Part shown: positions 49,000-62,405 of the stretch, one piece after another | How the letters are laid out: each line of letters starts with the position of its first letter | Position numbering within the stretch: position 1 is the first letter of the stretch | Assembly: GCA_002189035.1 (NCBI GenBank) | Contig: CM007991.1 | Location: 4,216,001-4,280,000 of the forward strand | Direction: 5' to 3' | DNA: 64,000 bases | From: Utricularia gibba | Lineage: Eukaryota; Plantae; Magnoliophyta | The notes under the pieces: model-generated | Database searches by the model: none | What the model was told of the DNA's origin: nothing | Seen by the model: only the letters and a program-made list of their open reading frames with translations | Made by a program: the position numbers and the translations under genes

Positions 49000-51900
49000 A
49001 CCAAAATTGGCTTTTTCCTAAATGATATTGGTTGGAAAGAGGGAAACGATTTCTGATAGGATTTGACATGCGGACGGATCAACAACGATCAGACAGGATA
49101 ATGATGACCATTTCAACAGAACCTGAAAAGTAGTCGAATTATAGGAACCTTAGAGCAGCTGGCAGTTATGTGTCATTGATGTTGCATCATTTTTGTACAT
49201 ATTTGAGTTAATTTTAGTGTTAGAGTATTCAGATTATATGAGTTAGAATAGGGAAAAGGCCAAAACCTGCATTGGTAAAATTATTTTCAGTAAAAACATG
49301 TTTTGCTCTATTTTTCGCTTAGTCCAAGTGAAAGGTGGTTTTATTATTTCTCCAAGCTCATGTACCTTCGACCCATTTGGGTTTGGATGCATTATCTGAC
49401 CAACCTACAAAGTTGTTATGAGTATAGGGGCAAAATGAGAATTATAAGTTTGGATGTGAAGGAAGGATAAGGAAAGTTGGAGATAAAGAATGCAATAATC
49501 TCATAATAGACGCAACTAACTATGACTGGCACGTGAGATTGGTGTGAATAAATAAAGGAATAGATTTGCTGCCTATATAATTCCTATCTTTCTAGAATGT
49601 TTCAATCGGTGCACAATTGGCTGCAAGAGAGATTTTGTTTGGCTGGAGAGTTCTTATGTTGTAGAGAGAATTTCTCTCCTAGGAGCATTTTTGAGATAGG
49701 AGTGGAAGAGAAGATGAAGGAGAGGCGTTGCAGTGTGACACTAGAACTAATCTCTGCCATCAGAAGTGCAGGTGAGACCTGAATAAAAGGCAAGGAGGCT
49801 TGGGAACCTGCAATTCGGGAAGAAGGACGCAGAGAAAATAGAACTGGAAAATTGAATAAACATTTTATTTTCTCGTAAATCTTATTTCTTACATCATATT
49901 TCGTGAACATGCGCATTATTTCCATCTTGCGTTTTCAGTATTTAACGTGTTCAAATGATTTCATCATCTAATTTACGTACTATGTTATATGCTTTTACTT
50001 CATAAACCAGTAGAAATCTTTCATTGATTTAAGTTAGAGTGTTCTTTTCCGATGCACTCGCTTTATATCCCTGACACACAAGGAAGGATGCGGTGGGAAG
50101 GAAGCAGCCCTAGCCTCTGTCCGGTCGATCATTCCGTTGGGATCTCGCATTCAATAGAAACCACTTCCAGAAAACCCCCGTTTAATAATGCTTATACGTC
50201 AAACCGAAAACTAAAAACCGTTTTCTCTTTGTAGATTGATCTGGACTTACTGTTGCTACATTAATTTCTTTGTGAATGAAATGTAGTTTGTTTGTCCAGT
50301 TTATACATTACTTTTGATGGGGAAAACCTTTAGACTTGTGATATTTTCAGAATTTTCTATCCGTTAGTCAACAAGATCACATGTATAGCCACCAGGCGCA
50401 GAAAGTAACTAACATCCACAGAATTCGGTTGACTCATTTTCTCCTATAAATAGGGGAGCATTGAAGAAAAAAGCATACATCATTTGTACCCTTATTTCCT
50501 TCTCTTTAGTGAAGTCATTACTCTCATGAGCCTCTCTAGCTCTATGGTTTTCCCATTCCGACAATTTCCATTAAAAATCCTTGTCTTCTTTCATTGCTTT
50601 CATCTCAATAATTATTCGAAAAACCTGAAGACGATAACTCAGATATGCACAAACCAATTTCATTACCCGAAAATCGGCTATCTTTAATAATCCAATTTTT
50701 GACCACAACATATATGGATATCCCATCCAAGTGATTGGAAACACCATGAAGTAGTAGATTCATATGGGTAAAAATAAAATATATATTAATACTAAAGCAT
50801 TTTCCTGAGGAGCTCAAGTTCATGTTATCAAAGATGCTCATTAATATTGAAGGGATGAATCTTACTCTTAATGGATTGATGAATGTTAGAACGTGTTGCT
50901 AAATGTTGCGGTTTAGTACATTAAACGTATCAAAGGAAATTTATAAACCTAGCTATTCTACTACACAAATCACATGAATTAATGTAGTGTGATAAGCAAG
51001 GGTTGAATTCACACGAAATGGTTGCAATTTCCTGAAGTCCTTTACATTTACATAAAACATGGGGGGTTTTATTGGGGTTTAACTCTCATGAGCATAAGAC
51101 ATAAAATAACAGTGGTTGTAATGATCAAGTGGCAAGGGTGAAGAAGCACGGAAAATAACAGTAATGCGTCGAAAATATAATGTGAAAGTGTCTTGGCTGG
51201 GTTTCACCAAGGCCTAACTCTTGTGTCACTCAATAGAATCCATAAGTTTAATACCCAGTTTTAACATGCTTAAAAACAGGACAAAGTGTCGCAGAAACAG
51301 TAAACATGCTAAACTCAAGAACTAAAGATTGAAGAACTCAAACATAAACAAGTTCATAAGCTGAAATAAAGTCTACAAGAGATTTCTTGTTCACAACAAG
51401 GCATTAGAAACGTAACAGAAAGCATGAAAATGTAGAAAGTAACAGTAGCAAGTTCAACAACAGAAATGGAAGTGCAGAAAATAGAAATAAAATGTTCACA
51501 GTTGCTCTCGGTTGTAGATTTGCTAAAAATGAAAGTTCTGGGTTGAAATCTGATAGAGAAATGTAGATTGAAAGCTGCCGAAGCCGTTTGCTGGAGAACC
51601 ACTGTTCTCCTCGCTCACTCTCCCTCTACTATTTGCTCTCTTCTCTCCCTTCTTCCTTTCTTCTTTTCCCGCTCAAAATGAAGGGTATTTGCATCTTTTG
51701 CTTAAGCTTCTAGAAGAAAGATCTATGCTCCAAATTTTATCTTTTTAAAAGGCAGCTGCTTTCGATAGAAAGTAATTATTGCACAGCTTTTCTGTACCTT
51801 TTGAATTGTTAACGCAGAAAGTATGCTGCTAGTACTAACTCTTATCTTGTAAAGACTTAAACATATACTAGAAGAAAAGGGGGAGTTTTCGGCTCAATAG
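49000..51900. mobile_element. Patchwork of LTR-like fragments (Athila-like end on the minus strand at 50877)
   Basis: Non-coding with TATA-like motifs (CTATATAAT at about 49573, CTATAAATA at about 50443). The minus strand has CCATTTCGTGTGAATTCAACCC and then terminates ...CATCA at 50877, resembling the LTR end at 60778. Internal boundaries are unresolved. Confidence 0.4.
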
Positions 51901-52451
51901 AGACATTTCAGTAAACTAAATACACAAAAGGAGATAATTTACCACACTAAACAACATTTAATCGTATTAAATGCACTTAAAAACACATATAAAGACATAA
52001 TAAAAATAGTTTTATTATGGACAAAAAATTATGTTGGGCCGCTTCTATGGATTAAGATGGGGGTGTGCATGCAGTGATGTACAACTACATTGAGAAATGA
52101 AGTTGAAGATTGGTTTGTGATGTTTTGAACATTGTAATATGATGAATGGTTCATTGAAACTATTTTTTTCACCTTGCCCCTAGTATTACATTATGAGGAT
52201 TCAAGTTTAAAGGATTTTTGCTTTTCAATTTTTAATTTGTTCTACTTCATACTAATTAAACATCAGGATATTGGATTGGTGAATTTGGTGGAAGGTGTTG
52301 TACTAGACTCGCATTGTTTTGGATATGCACCATCTTCTGTTTAAGCTTTGATTGTTAGCGTTCATAATTTAGAGGAAGTAAAGGGAAGCATGAATTATTC
52401 AATTTTTAAATATCAATCAATCAGATGTATTCAAGTATGACAATGACATGG

Positions 52452-52536
52452 TGACACATGTTCATATTAAATGTGCGCCAAATGTTCATACCACATGTGA
52501 TGCCACATGTTCATATCACATGTGATGCCACATGTT
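52452..52536. repeat. Minisatellite of about 25 bp, about 3.5 units, rich in CACATG
   Basis: ATGTTCATA recurs at about 25-bp spacing. CACATGTGATGCCACATGTT occurs twice. There are five CACATG in about 85 bp. Confidence 0.75.
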
Positions 52537-54097
52537 TGTATTACGTGCAAGATGAGGTTGAGGTGTTGAAGGGGATTTATATAATAGAATTTAAGATTCT
52601 TTCACTCATTTTCAAGTTTTGTAAAGATGAGGACAACTTGATTTGGAAGAGTGGAAGAAAGATTAAGATACCTCAGGTGAATGAAGGTGATTTAAAAGTG
52701 GTTTAGAGTCAAAGGAATCAAAATGAGTGTGATGATTGATTTTGAAGCTTTGTTTGTCTTTGAAACTAATTTTCACAAATTTATGTGTCTATGTAATGTT
52801 GGCGCTTGATTTATATTTCTTTGGATGTGATTTTGCATGTATCCTAAATTCTAGATTTTTGTGTCCACTTTATGAAACTTTTTACGTTGTACAATAATTC
52901 TTATAGAGGAGTAAGTTTTAATGTTTTTATTGAAACTACTACGTTTTGGTGTTATTTCATCAAACTGTTTTTGAGTTTCAAAAGTATTGTTCTTTTCACT
53001 AAGGATAGCCATCATTGTTAACTTTAAGATGGTATGTATTTGTTGTGGCATACTATATGTATTTGTATATATTATGTGATAAACAAGTGAGGAAAGAATG
53101 GAATAGGTATTGTTGTATATCTCCAGCAATGTAATTGTACCATGGGGACTATGACTAATATTTTAGGTATATGTGAAGCACCATGTACAAGTGAAAGGTC
53201 AAAAGGTATGAAGGTGAAGCAAAAAAGATGTGATGTTATGTATGACTTGAATTTTTGGTTATGCGGTCCAGATGGTTCTTTTGATCATGGAACTATCAGC
53301 AATAACACTTTATGTCTCACTTATCATGATTTGATATCAATGTGAAGAGTGGACAATCATGAAAAATGAGAAAATATAGTTATTGAGACTTGCAATATGT
53401 TTAGTTAGGATTTGATGGTCATGACTCATCTTTCTTGAGCTTTTAAAGTTGATCATGACATATATAATCCACATGTTTAAATTCCGTTTATAGTTTGAAA
53501 GAACTCAATGACCCATGAAATAACATCCAAGTTGAATGAAGAGAAGAAACATTGATGAGTATTTCAATGTGTGGGTGATTGTCAAAGTCTCTAGCAATTC
53601 CATTAGAATACTAATCAAGTATAACCTTTTGAAGATTATGAATGACATTCTTGAGAGACCTCAATATTCATTGAAAGGTTTAAGATTTTTAGCTTTTAGT
53701 ATACAAGGAGTTTGTGACTTTTTGTCTGTAAGAGGTGGTTTTATCTTTATAAATATTTCATTTCTTCTCATTCTTACACGTCTGTTGATAAACTTGTTGA
53801 ACCTGGGAGATTGCTGGATCTTTATTGAAATAATATTTTAAGGATATTGTACTTCACACACGCCTCAAATTTTTCTTCTTCTCCATCTGAACTCTGATCC
53901 CACAATCCAGGTTTCTATTTTTAATAGTTGAGAATTCTCGTTTGGTATTTTTGAAGACCATATTCGGCCACACGCCATTTGACGTAAAAAGGGCGAGGTA
54001 GCTAACTCATGGGGAATAACAGGATCTGAATCAGAAATAACAATCCGATGGCAAAGATGCATGTTTTCCAGAAGATAGTTTTTTTTTTTTTTTTCTT

Positions 54098-57019
54098 TTA
54101 AGACACAATGCCGCTGCCATTGCTCTCGTGGGCTGGCTCTCCGCCCCATTTGCTTATCCTCTCCACTGCCACGGAAGCTTCCTTGTTCCAGTTTGTTTGG
54201 TACACTATCACGAACAGGCACAGCGTCTGCACCAGCGTCCCAATCAGCATCCCAATCCAGATGCCCTGCCAATTCCACATGCGGTTACGAACTTCAAGGT
54301 GCATAGCCTTATCTACTTTGGGACACTTCCTACAAACTAGCCAAGTGATCGATAGGAAATCAAACTCTTCGTCTTACTTGCACGCCCAAGTTGACAACGT
54401 AGCCCATGACTAGGCCAAGCGGGATGCCAAAAATGTAGTAGCAGGCTATGTTCACAAAAGCAACAGGTTTCTGCCATCCGGCGCCGACTGCAACTCCTGC
54501 AGCGGAAACAGATCCGGGGTTGATGATCTCGACATCCATGATAATAAACCCAAACTCGAAACGGGAGAATATCTGGGTTGGAGTTACCTGAGAGCGCAGG
54601 CTGGATATTGTTGATGATGATACTAACCACCAGCAAGGGAGTGAGCTGATAGACGGCTCGGATGACTCGAGGGCTCTCTGCGAATAAATAAGGGTACTGC
54701 CTGTGGAAAATAAGAATGATCACCGCCACCACGAGGCTGGAGACGAAAGCGGTCAGCACCACGACCACCATTGAGAATCTGGCGGCCCTTGGATGCCCGG
54801 CGCCTAATTCATTCGACACTCTCACGCTACAATCAATACACGCAACAGAACAGACGACGTTTTTAACATGCATTACTACCTTACAAAATAAAAAAAAATC
54901 GAACAAGGGGAAGCATCATCATCTACCTTACTCCGGCATTGAGTCCAACAGCAATCATCATAACCCACTGGCTGATGGTGAGGCTGCCAAAAGACGACGT
55001 TTCAAAAAGGTAATATCACAAAAATCGGATATAAAAAACAAGCATCCCATAGTACGGAAAAAAAAGGGAAAAACTGCACATGCCAACGGACAAGAAAGCA
55101 AGATTTACAATCCACTTTTGTGGGATGTGGCCCCAGATTTCACTGTTACGGTCCTTTTTCAGACATGGAGAAGTAAAAATAGTATATAAACAAACAAATA
55201 ATGATAATAATAATAATAATAATGGAGGTATGCGATCCACGGATGAAACGGACAGCTCTATTTATATTTTTCTCTCTCAAAAACATAAAAAAAATATTAT
55301 TTCTCTTCTCAAAATCACCCCTTTAAACCTGGTGTACCTTATTTAAAAATGCATCCATTCCTTACAATTACTTAGAAAAAAAACTTTCATATTGTTTATT
55401 ATTATTTGTAAAATTAAAGATGTCATCTGGAAAACCAATTTTGTTTTGAAATCAAGTAATTTAATAAAAATAAAATACGTTTAAATAGATAGGGCGTTCC
55501 TGAGGAATTCAATAAATAATAAATTTAATTAGTAGCAATTTAACTTTATAATAGCAGGAATTGAACAAAATAAATTCAAAATTTAAACCCTAAAATTAGT
55601 ATTCAATTTGAGGAGAAAACCGAATAATTCATTCTAAAAATCAATAAATTAAATTCTCATTAAAAGAAGAATCAAACTCTACATAATTTAAGACATTTCC
55701 AACCCTATTCCTACGAATGTTTGTCCTAAATTTATTGAACTTCCTGATTTCTACATTTCTCGCCCCACTACGCTACGCTAGTAATAAATAATGAAGTGTG
55801 AATAGATATTCGGGAATTTAATGCATATTAAATGCAGGACTGGAGTAACTGAACTCAAGTACTAGGAAGGGAGGAAGGGATTACCAAATTGACAGCGCGT
55901 CCACCGCAATTTCGGCGTTCTTCAGAAATCCAGCGAATAGGAGGAGGGCTGTTAGGTACCACACCTCTAAGCTGCCACCACGTGTCAGGGACGGTGGTGA
56001 GGAACGTAGGATATCGCGACGACCCGTCAGGCAAAAAGCTATCGAGATTGACGTACCAGAGCATCACGGCGGAGGCCAGTGACAGCTTCACGAACCCCCA
56101 GAGGTTGTGGAACGCGCGCCACGAGAGTCCGGACCACGCGCTGCCGCACGCACCGCTGACTACGTACGCCATCTGCGCCACCACGCTGAACCACCAAGTC
56201 CCGTTCAGGACCACGGCGGCGCCGACCATCCCCCAGCCGAGCTTCACCACCAGCAGCCAGGTGAAAAATACGTGAATTACAAGGGCGGCCAAGGCGATGT
56301 ACGCCATCGCCATCACCTTGCTCTGGGCCTGCAGAAACTTCACGATCGGGAAATTCAGGGCGTAGGCGTAGAGCTGGGGAATCATCCACAACGCGAAACG
56401 GGCCGCCGCTCTCGAGATATCTTCCTTCTGCCCTAGCGCACGCAGGACCGGCTCCGCGAAGACGTACAGAAAAGTTAGCGGAATACACGCGCCCAGCAGA
56501 ATTACCCACGATCTCTGCATATACACCCCCATCATCTCCATTTGTCCGGCGCCGTACGCCTGCCCGCAAAGCGTTTCCAAAGCGCTTCCCATCCCCCACT
56601 GCATTTTTTTTTGTCTTCCGATATCAAAATCCAAATCTAAAATCGCAATGTTTTTTTATTTAATTTCTGAAAATTGTTACCATTATGCCGAAGCTGAGGC
56701 CAGCGATGACGGAGTTCTCAATGGAGAAGGCGGCGAGGTCGAGCGTTCCGACGTGACCGGCAAAGGCCTGTGTGATTGCGCCTTGAGAGAACTGGCAGAT
56801 GGCGGTAAAAATGGCTGGAGCGGACAAGTAGATGAGTTTTCGAAGCTCCAGCTTCAACTCCCGGTGAAAGTCTCGCACTCCAGCAATCGGTTCGATGTCA
56901 TGGCCATGATCGCCAAAGGCGAAAAAATCACCCGAATGAGGAGGCCGCCGAGACGGCCCTCCGTCGTCCCCCGCCGGATGATTCAGCAGCGGCTGCGTAC
57001 TCCCACCAGCTTCCTCCAT
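54098..57019 (-). CDS. MATE/DETOXIFICATION transporter (DTX29-31-like), copy 2, 7 exons
   Basis: Exons are 57019-56681, 56598-56057, 55971-55885, 54983-54927, 54826-54588, 54496-54378 and 54265-54098, all GT-AG and phase-consistent. The motifs match copy 1 (GMGSALETLCGQAYGAG, CLEVWY, SVRVSNELGAG, GVAVGAGWQ, GIWIGM, TNWNKEASVAVERISKWGG). Confidence 0.93.
55205..55222. repeat. (TAA)n microsatellite in MATE2 intron 3
   Basis: About 6 TAA/AAT units, read directly. Confidence 0.8.
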
Positions 57020-59148
57020 CCTCTGGGTTCACACTTGAACACTCACTAGTTGATTACATATATGTATATATGCAGGTAGCTGTTGAGGCTGTGCTCAGTG
57101 CGATGTACGGGTGCGTCTAAGCTGAAGGTATTCAAGATACTCGCAAATAATTCACGTCTAATCCACCGACTGTGTGAACAAGACAAGAGAGGCTGACGCG
57201 GAGGCCGAAGATTACATTTAACAATTTTTAGAAAAAGCTGGAAATTATATAGTTATATAATTATCTATATTTGTTTTATAATATTGTGTATTTTATTAAT
57301 ATAAAATAAAACATTAAAAAACGTGATGAAAGGAAGAATGGGTGCAAACATTTTTAATGAATATGTGCGAAATAGGAGTAAGGAGAGAGAGCAGAATGCA
57401 GATCCACACCCCGTGGAAGTTGTGGTAGCTACACCTACCCTTCCCGAGTTCCAAAACCCGCGTGAATTGTCGACATTGTCCCTCAAAATAAAATATTAAT
57501 TCATGAATAAAACCATTTCCCCTAACTCCCCTATAAAATATGCATCTAAACCCTATCGCTCACTAACTTGGGAGGGACCCCACTCATATCCCATACAATT
57601 TATGCATGTGGCCTCAAATGACAATTTGTGTGGTCAGTTTTCCTTATCCAATTCCCCAATCCTTTATTTCATGAAAATCTAAAAGATATATATATTTTCA
57701 AATTTTATTTATATCAAATCTTTTATTTTGAGTTTAATAAATATTATTTCAAAATAATTCTTTATTGAATTTATTCATTTTACCAATTACATTTCATGTA
57801 ATTTTATCATTTTATTTTATATCGAATAATGATTTACTATTATGCGTCTCCGTATACGTTTCCAATTAAGGTCATAAAAATGAATTTATTAATGAATTCT
57901 AAATTAATTAAATTCATTATTATAAATCATATATAATATCTAGCAACATATTACTATACTTGAGACATAAGAATAATCAAATAAACTGATTGAGATTTTC
58001 TATAACTAGTTACTGTATAATCAATAGATTTCATTCTATTTATATCTCATTCGATACCAGAACATAAGTATGTATCTTTCTAATTTATCGTACTTATAAT
58101 AGCAAACACTAATATTAAATAATCTATTCAAACTCTTCGAGTGTCATTAATTTGGACCTATGAATTATTATTAGACTTCATGCAATTAATCGAGATAATA
58201 TCTCATAGTTAATATTAGTAATGAATTCTTTATTGATCAATCAATTATCTCCAACCGTAAGAATTCCCAATCCTTTTCATCCATACTAGGCAAGCCATGA
58301 TTAAATTCTCATTAATAATGAGTGAAAACGTGAGGTCAAAATTAAGATAATTTTGTTGATCTCAAGTTTAAGTTTACTTGCATGATTGTCATATTCGAGA
58401 TACTGGTGCTAATACTTGGTTAAGTTCTCATAGTAACATCTCAAAGATGAGTCATTCAATGAATCGATTTTCTAATCGATATTCACACATTGTTTCTAGT
58501 AATCTCATTATATCAATTGTGAAAACCATTGATTAAACAATTTAGAGAACTCAATACATGAGAGATTATTTGCAATTGTGATATCCTCACTGCATAAATA
58601 ATTTAGTCAAAGAATTTTTAACTTCATTTGGGTAATTGAGAAGGTAAAAGGATTATGGTTATTTGTCCTCAAAATTGAATTTTATGCATTGCCCAACTGT
58701 TGCCATTAATCAATGATTTGAATATTAGGTTATTATCTATCCATTAATGAGGTATATTACACATGAAAAATACAATTAAAAATCATTAATTCCTCTTGAT
58801 AGATCTGAATTTGCCACCATTATATTTGTATGGTTGTTAAATATGTGCAACTTACTTGCTCCATTTATAAATATTTTAATAGAGTGAATTTTCTTGATTG
58901 ACAACATTGTGAAAATCCATTTTTCATAAAATGGTGTCATTGATAGGAACTTAGGTGCTTTTTAATTTTTGTAGTTAATCAGTTTTTATTTTCTTTGTAC
59001 ACGGAGCTGTTTTTCTACTAGATTTAGAAATCTATTTTTATGTAAAAAATACAAAAATAGGATTTTTATGAAAAGAAATAGTTACATCTACCGTTAGATG
59101 TATGTATATTAGATGCCTAATACTCTCATATATTGAAGAAGTTAGATA

Positions 59149-59442
59149 AAACTGAGGAAAGCATTCTTGAACAAATACTATCCATTGACGCACATCGATG
59201 AATTGAGAAGGATGATATACATTCACTTATTTTTGTGATGTCTACTTCATAAATATTGAAATAAATTTAATAAGATGTTTGCAAGTTGTCCACACAATGG
59301 ATATGAGAGCTAGATATTGATTAAGTTCTTCTTGGAAGCATTATTATCACTAATGATGATTCAAGTGCATGCTATAATGGAAAGCATGAGAACGTTTACT
59401 CCAACATAGGAGTGGGCCAAGATCAAGAAAATGGCAGCGAAA
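59149..59442 (+). mobile_element. Ty3/Gypsy (Athila-like) gag remnant
   Basis: KLRKAFLNKYYP...ELRRMI...KY*NKFNKMFASCPHNGY...LIKFFLEAL...TFTPT*EWAKIKKMA matches the retrotransposon-gag pattern FLxKFFP...LRxxI...YWERFKxLxxxCPHHG...KTPxEAxxLIExMA. It contains stops. Confidence 0.7.
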
Positions 59443-59789
59443 ATACTTGCAATCAAGTGAGTTTAATCAAAGAAAATTGAACATCATATTGGAAGATGAG
59501 CGAAAGCGAAAATCCCTATATGGTGTGCTTGCCTCAATAAAAGCACAACTCTTAAAGCCAAAATACTATGCTTTAAGACATCCTGATTTGAGTTGGAAAA
59601 ATAATAACTCTTTGAATCAACATTTTGATAACAATAGATCACTCTATTTTAACACTGATAATACATAGTTTTTAATAGTTTTAAATTAGAAAATACATCT
59701 TATTATTTTGAAAAACTAGGATTTTTTTTAAAATATTTCGATGTCTTTGCAAATAATTTTAATATTTTACTTCAAATTGAAACTAAATC

Positions 59790-60778
59790 TAGGATTTAAA
59801 TTTCACTAAAAACCAAAAGTCCACATTGGAGTTGGTAGGAAAATGAGGACAAAATAAATGAAAGAGAGGTACAGAATTCAAGGAGATTAAGAAAGGAGAC
59901 TTTTGGACAATAAAGAGGATGAGAGAAAAAAATGTGGCAGGTTCTAAGAACACGCATGGGTTCAGGAATAAAGGTTATAGAAGAAAAATTGCAGAAAAAC
60001 AAATAGGAAGAAGACTAAGTCAAAGAATTCAGTTCATTTTCAAAGACTTTTTCTATTTAGGAACACTAATTTTAGCCACGAGTAAATTGCAATGATTTAG
60101 AATTTCGTATTAAACTATTTACATTTTCCATTATTGTTTATTTTCTTATTGTCTAACTGTGACATGAATATGTTGCTAATATTATATTATGAACTCGTAT
60201 GATTTCTCTTTTATATGTAACACCGAATGGTGGTTTAGAGCCAAAAGGGATAAGTATGATTATTATTCATTAGATCATATTAATCATATAATTATATTTT
60301 TTTGTTAACAAATCAAGATAGATCCAAGAGGAAATAATAATAATATTCATCTTAAAACAAATTTGATTAAAAGTAGACTAAAAGTTCGAAAAAATAAGAG
60401 TTTAGATAGACTTGAACTCTTGATTTATTAGATGAATGACTTCTGATTTAGGTGGGATAAATATAGTCTTGAACATGTTATTTATAGAAGTATTAAAGGC
60501 ATCACATTGTTTCATTTTAGAAAGAAATTTGATTTACCTATTTATTACTTTCCTGTATTTTATTATACAACTGTCTTAATGCTAGCTTAGATTTAATTTT
60601 CATCGTGATAAAAATAGAATGTATTATCCTTCATATGACAAGAACAATGTTCCTTGTGTTCGACCTTAATCCATTATAATTATATTTGTTTTATGGTTGA
60701 TTGCGACTTAAGCTTATAAATTTATTTGGTAAGGAAATTAACGTTTTATTCAACGGTGTGCGAATTTCTCGTTTATCA
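59790..60778 (+). mobile_element. Athila-like LTR 3' portion
   Basis: TTCCTTGTGTTCGACC at about 60650, followed about 120 bp later by a ...TATCA terminus. This resembles Athila-type LTR ends (recalled consensus). No PBS follows. The left boundary is uncertain. Confidence 0.45.
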
Positions 60779-61085
60779 AACATAAATCTCTTCAAAAAAT
60801 TCAATAACAACGACAATCTTATGCTTAGATTCTATAGAATCAGTTGCCTCAAAAATCTTACCATCATCCTTGTTAAATAAATGATCAGGCACACCAAAGA
60901 TCGTTTCTAGAGGAAATGATGAAAAACATGCTTGATAAGTCATGAAAAGAAAAAAAAGAATATGACAAAAAAAAATAACAATGCAAAGAGCAATTAAAAA
61001 TCTTGTGAAGTATGTTGGAAAATTGATGACATTTAGAAAAAATCCAAAAAGTTTACTTCTAATCCTCAAATGAATCTTTAGCTAT

Positions 61086-62405
61086 TGATGGTATCCAAAA
61101 TAGACATGTTAAGTGTCATTTTCTAAGTATTTATTATGTGTTAATTAGGTATTAAATCGCTAAAATTAAGAATTATATTGATAAGTATTATATTTTATTA
61201 AAAAATCCTATTTTTGTATTTTGTACATATTTTGTTGTCTTTTTTGAGCATTTTTACTCAAAATGTCAAGAGACGGGTTTGGAGTATTGCAAGAGACTTG
61301 CAGGAGACCAAACATTAATGTTTCGTGCCTTAAACAAAACTTGGGTCAATTGTGGACGGAAGATTGGCAGCAATCAAGACCTCTGAATTACGATATGTCA
61401 GTCTGCATTAATGATTGGATGCTTACTTGCACACATGGAAAAGCTGGTGGTAGATGCAAGGCAGAAAGAATGATAGAAGGGGAGCAGAGTAAGTGAATGT
61501 GCATGGGGAGTGGATTAAAACAAACTTGGAACAATTTTTTTCAAACCTTTTTTTTTGCACTTTGTTTTCTCACTTAAAACTTTTGATTCTTCCTTTCCAT
61601 CAAAGAAGAAAGAACACTTTAGTTTTCTATTTCATTTTCAGTTTTCATGATTCATGATTAAACCTTTTTAATTTATGAGAATAAATGAAGTTTTCTTCTA
61701 TGTCTTAAGCATCAATCTTGGTTCTTTATTGAAATTCTTTCGGATTTTATATATTTCCACGCATCTTGTAGTAATCTTTCTGTAACATCTCCTAGTCATG
61801 GTGAATAAGTAGCAGGCCACTGTTGGCAGATTTTGATGAAGATTAAGGTGAAGGGCATCATCTCCAATCCTACTGGTTCAAGGGAAGTAGTGAATTGTTT
61901 ATGGTTGATGTACCGTGACAGTTGACAGATAATGACCTCGTACCCATCATTGGTCATTGGCAACAACTGAGTACATGCACACAATTTGGTTTTGAGGGAA
62001 ATCGATGACAATTCTTTTGTCCTCTCAATCGTCAAAGGGGGAACCACATAAAGCTATTCTCGTGCCTCCTTGTCAATCAAAGTATAAGGGAAAGTAGGCT
62101 ATTCCTTGCTCCTATACCAAGCTATTCAAAAGGAATTAGTGAAAGTCGAGGCAAAGATAGCCAAAAGGAAAAAACGGAGTCCATTTTTCAAGAACTGCAA
62201 TCCTTAATCAAGGTCCATTACTTAGGTTTTAATTTTTATTTTTGTACTTCAAAAATCTTCTTTTACAAATCCATGACAATTTGTGAAAGTTTTCTACAAA
62301 ACACTTTTCGCAAAACTCAACTCCTTGAGATTGATACTCGTACTACGCTCTTTTGTTTTTTATGTTTTATATATTTAAAATTTGTTGAGAAAACGACACG
62401 CAACA
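61086..62405 (+). mobile_element. Solo-LTR-like repeat B; homologous to 41299-42590
   Basis: TGAT start, ACACGCAACA end, and collinear similarity to copy A (for example GAGACCAAACA, GCATCAATCTT, ATTTTGATGAAGA, CATCATCTCCAATC and the exact 25-mer). Confidence 0.62.

Noticed and set aside
52452-52536. CRISPR-like array
   Set aside because: The units are tandem without unique spacers, there are no cas genes, and the context is eukaryotic.
52600-53800. SIRE-like retroelement 3' region
   Set aside because: There is only a vague PPT-like motif near 53570 and no translatable RT/RNase H motif. I left it unannotated.
55889-56599. Long antisense and alternate-frame ORFs over MATE2, and likewise over MATE1 (37249-38349), CDC40 and RAY1
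   Set aside because: They are explained by low stop-codon density in GC-rich exons. There is no independent promoter or motif evidence.
4926-57019. Two glycosyltransferases plus two MATE transporters as a biosynthetic gene cluster
   Set aside because: GT17 and GT77 are Golgi-type glycoprotein/cell-wall enzymes, not small-molecule UGTs. There is no scaffold-forming or tailoring enzyme, and the order matches ordinary ancestral synteny.
57760-58640. Angela-type Copia LTR upstream of MATE2
   Set aside because: The composition is suggestive but I found no termini, PBS, PPT or second copy, so it is not supportable as a feature.
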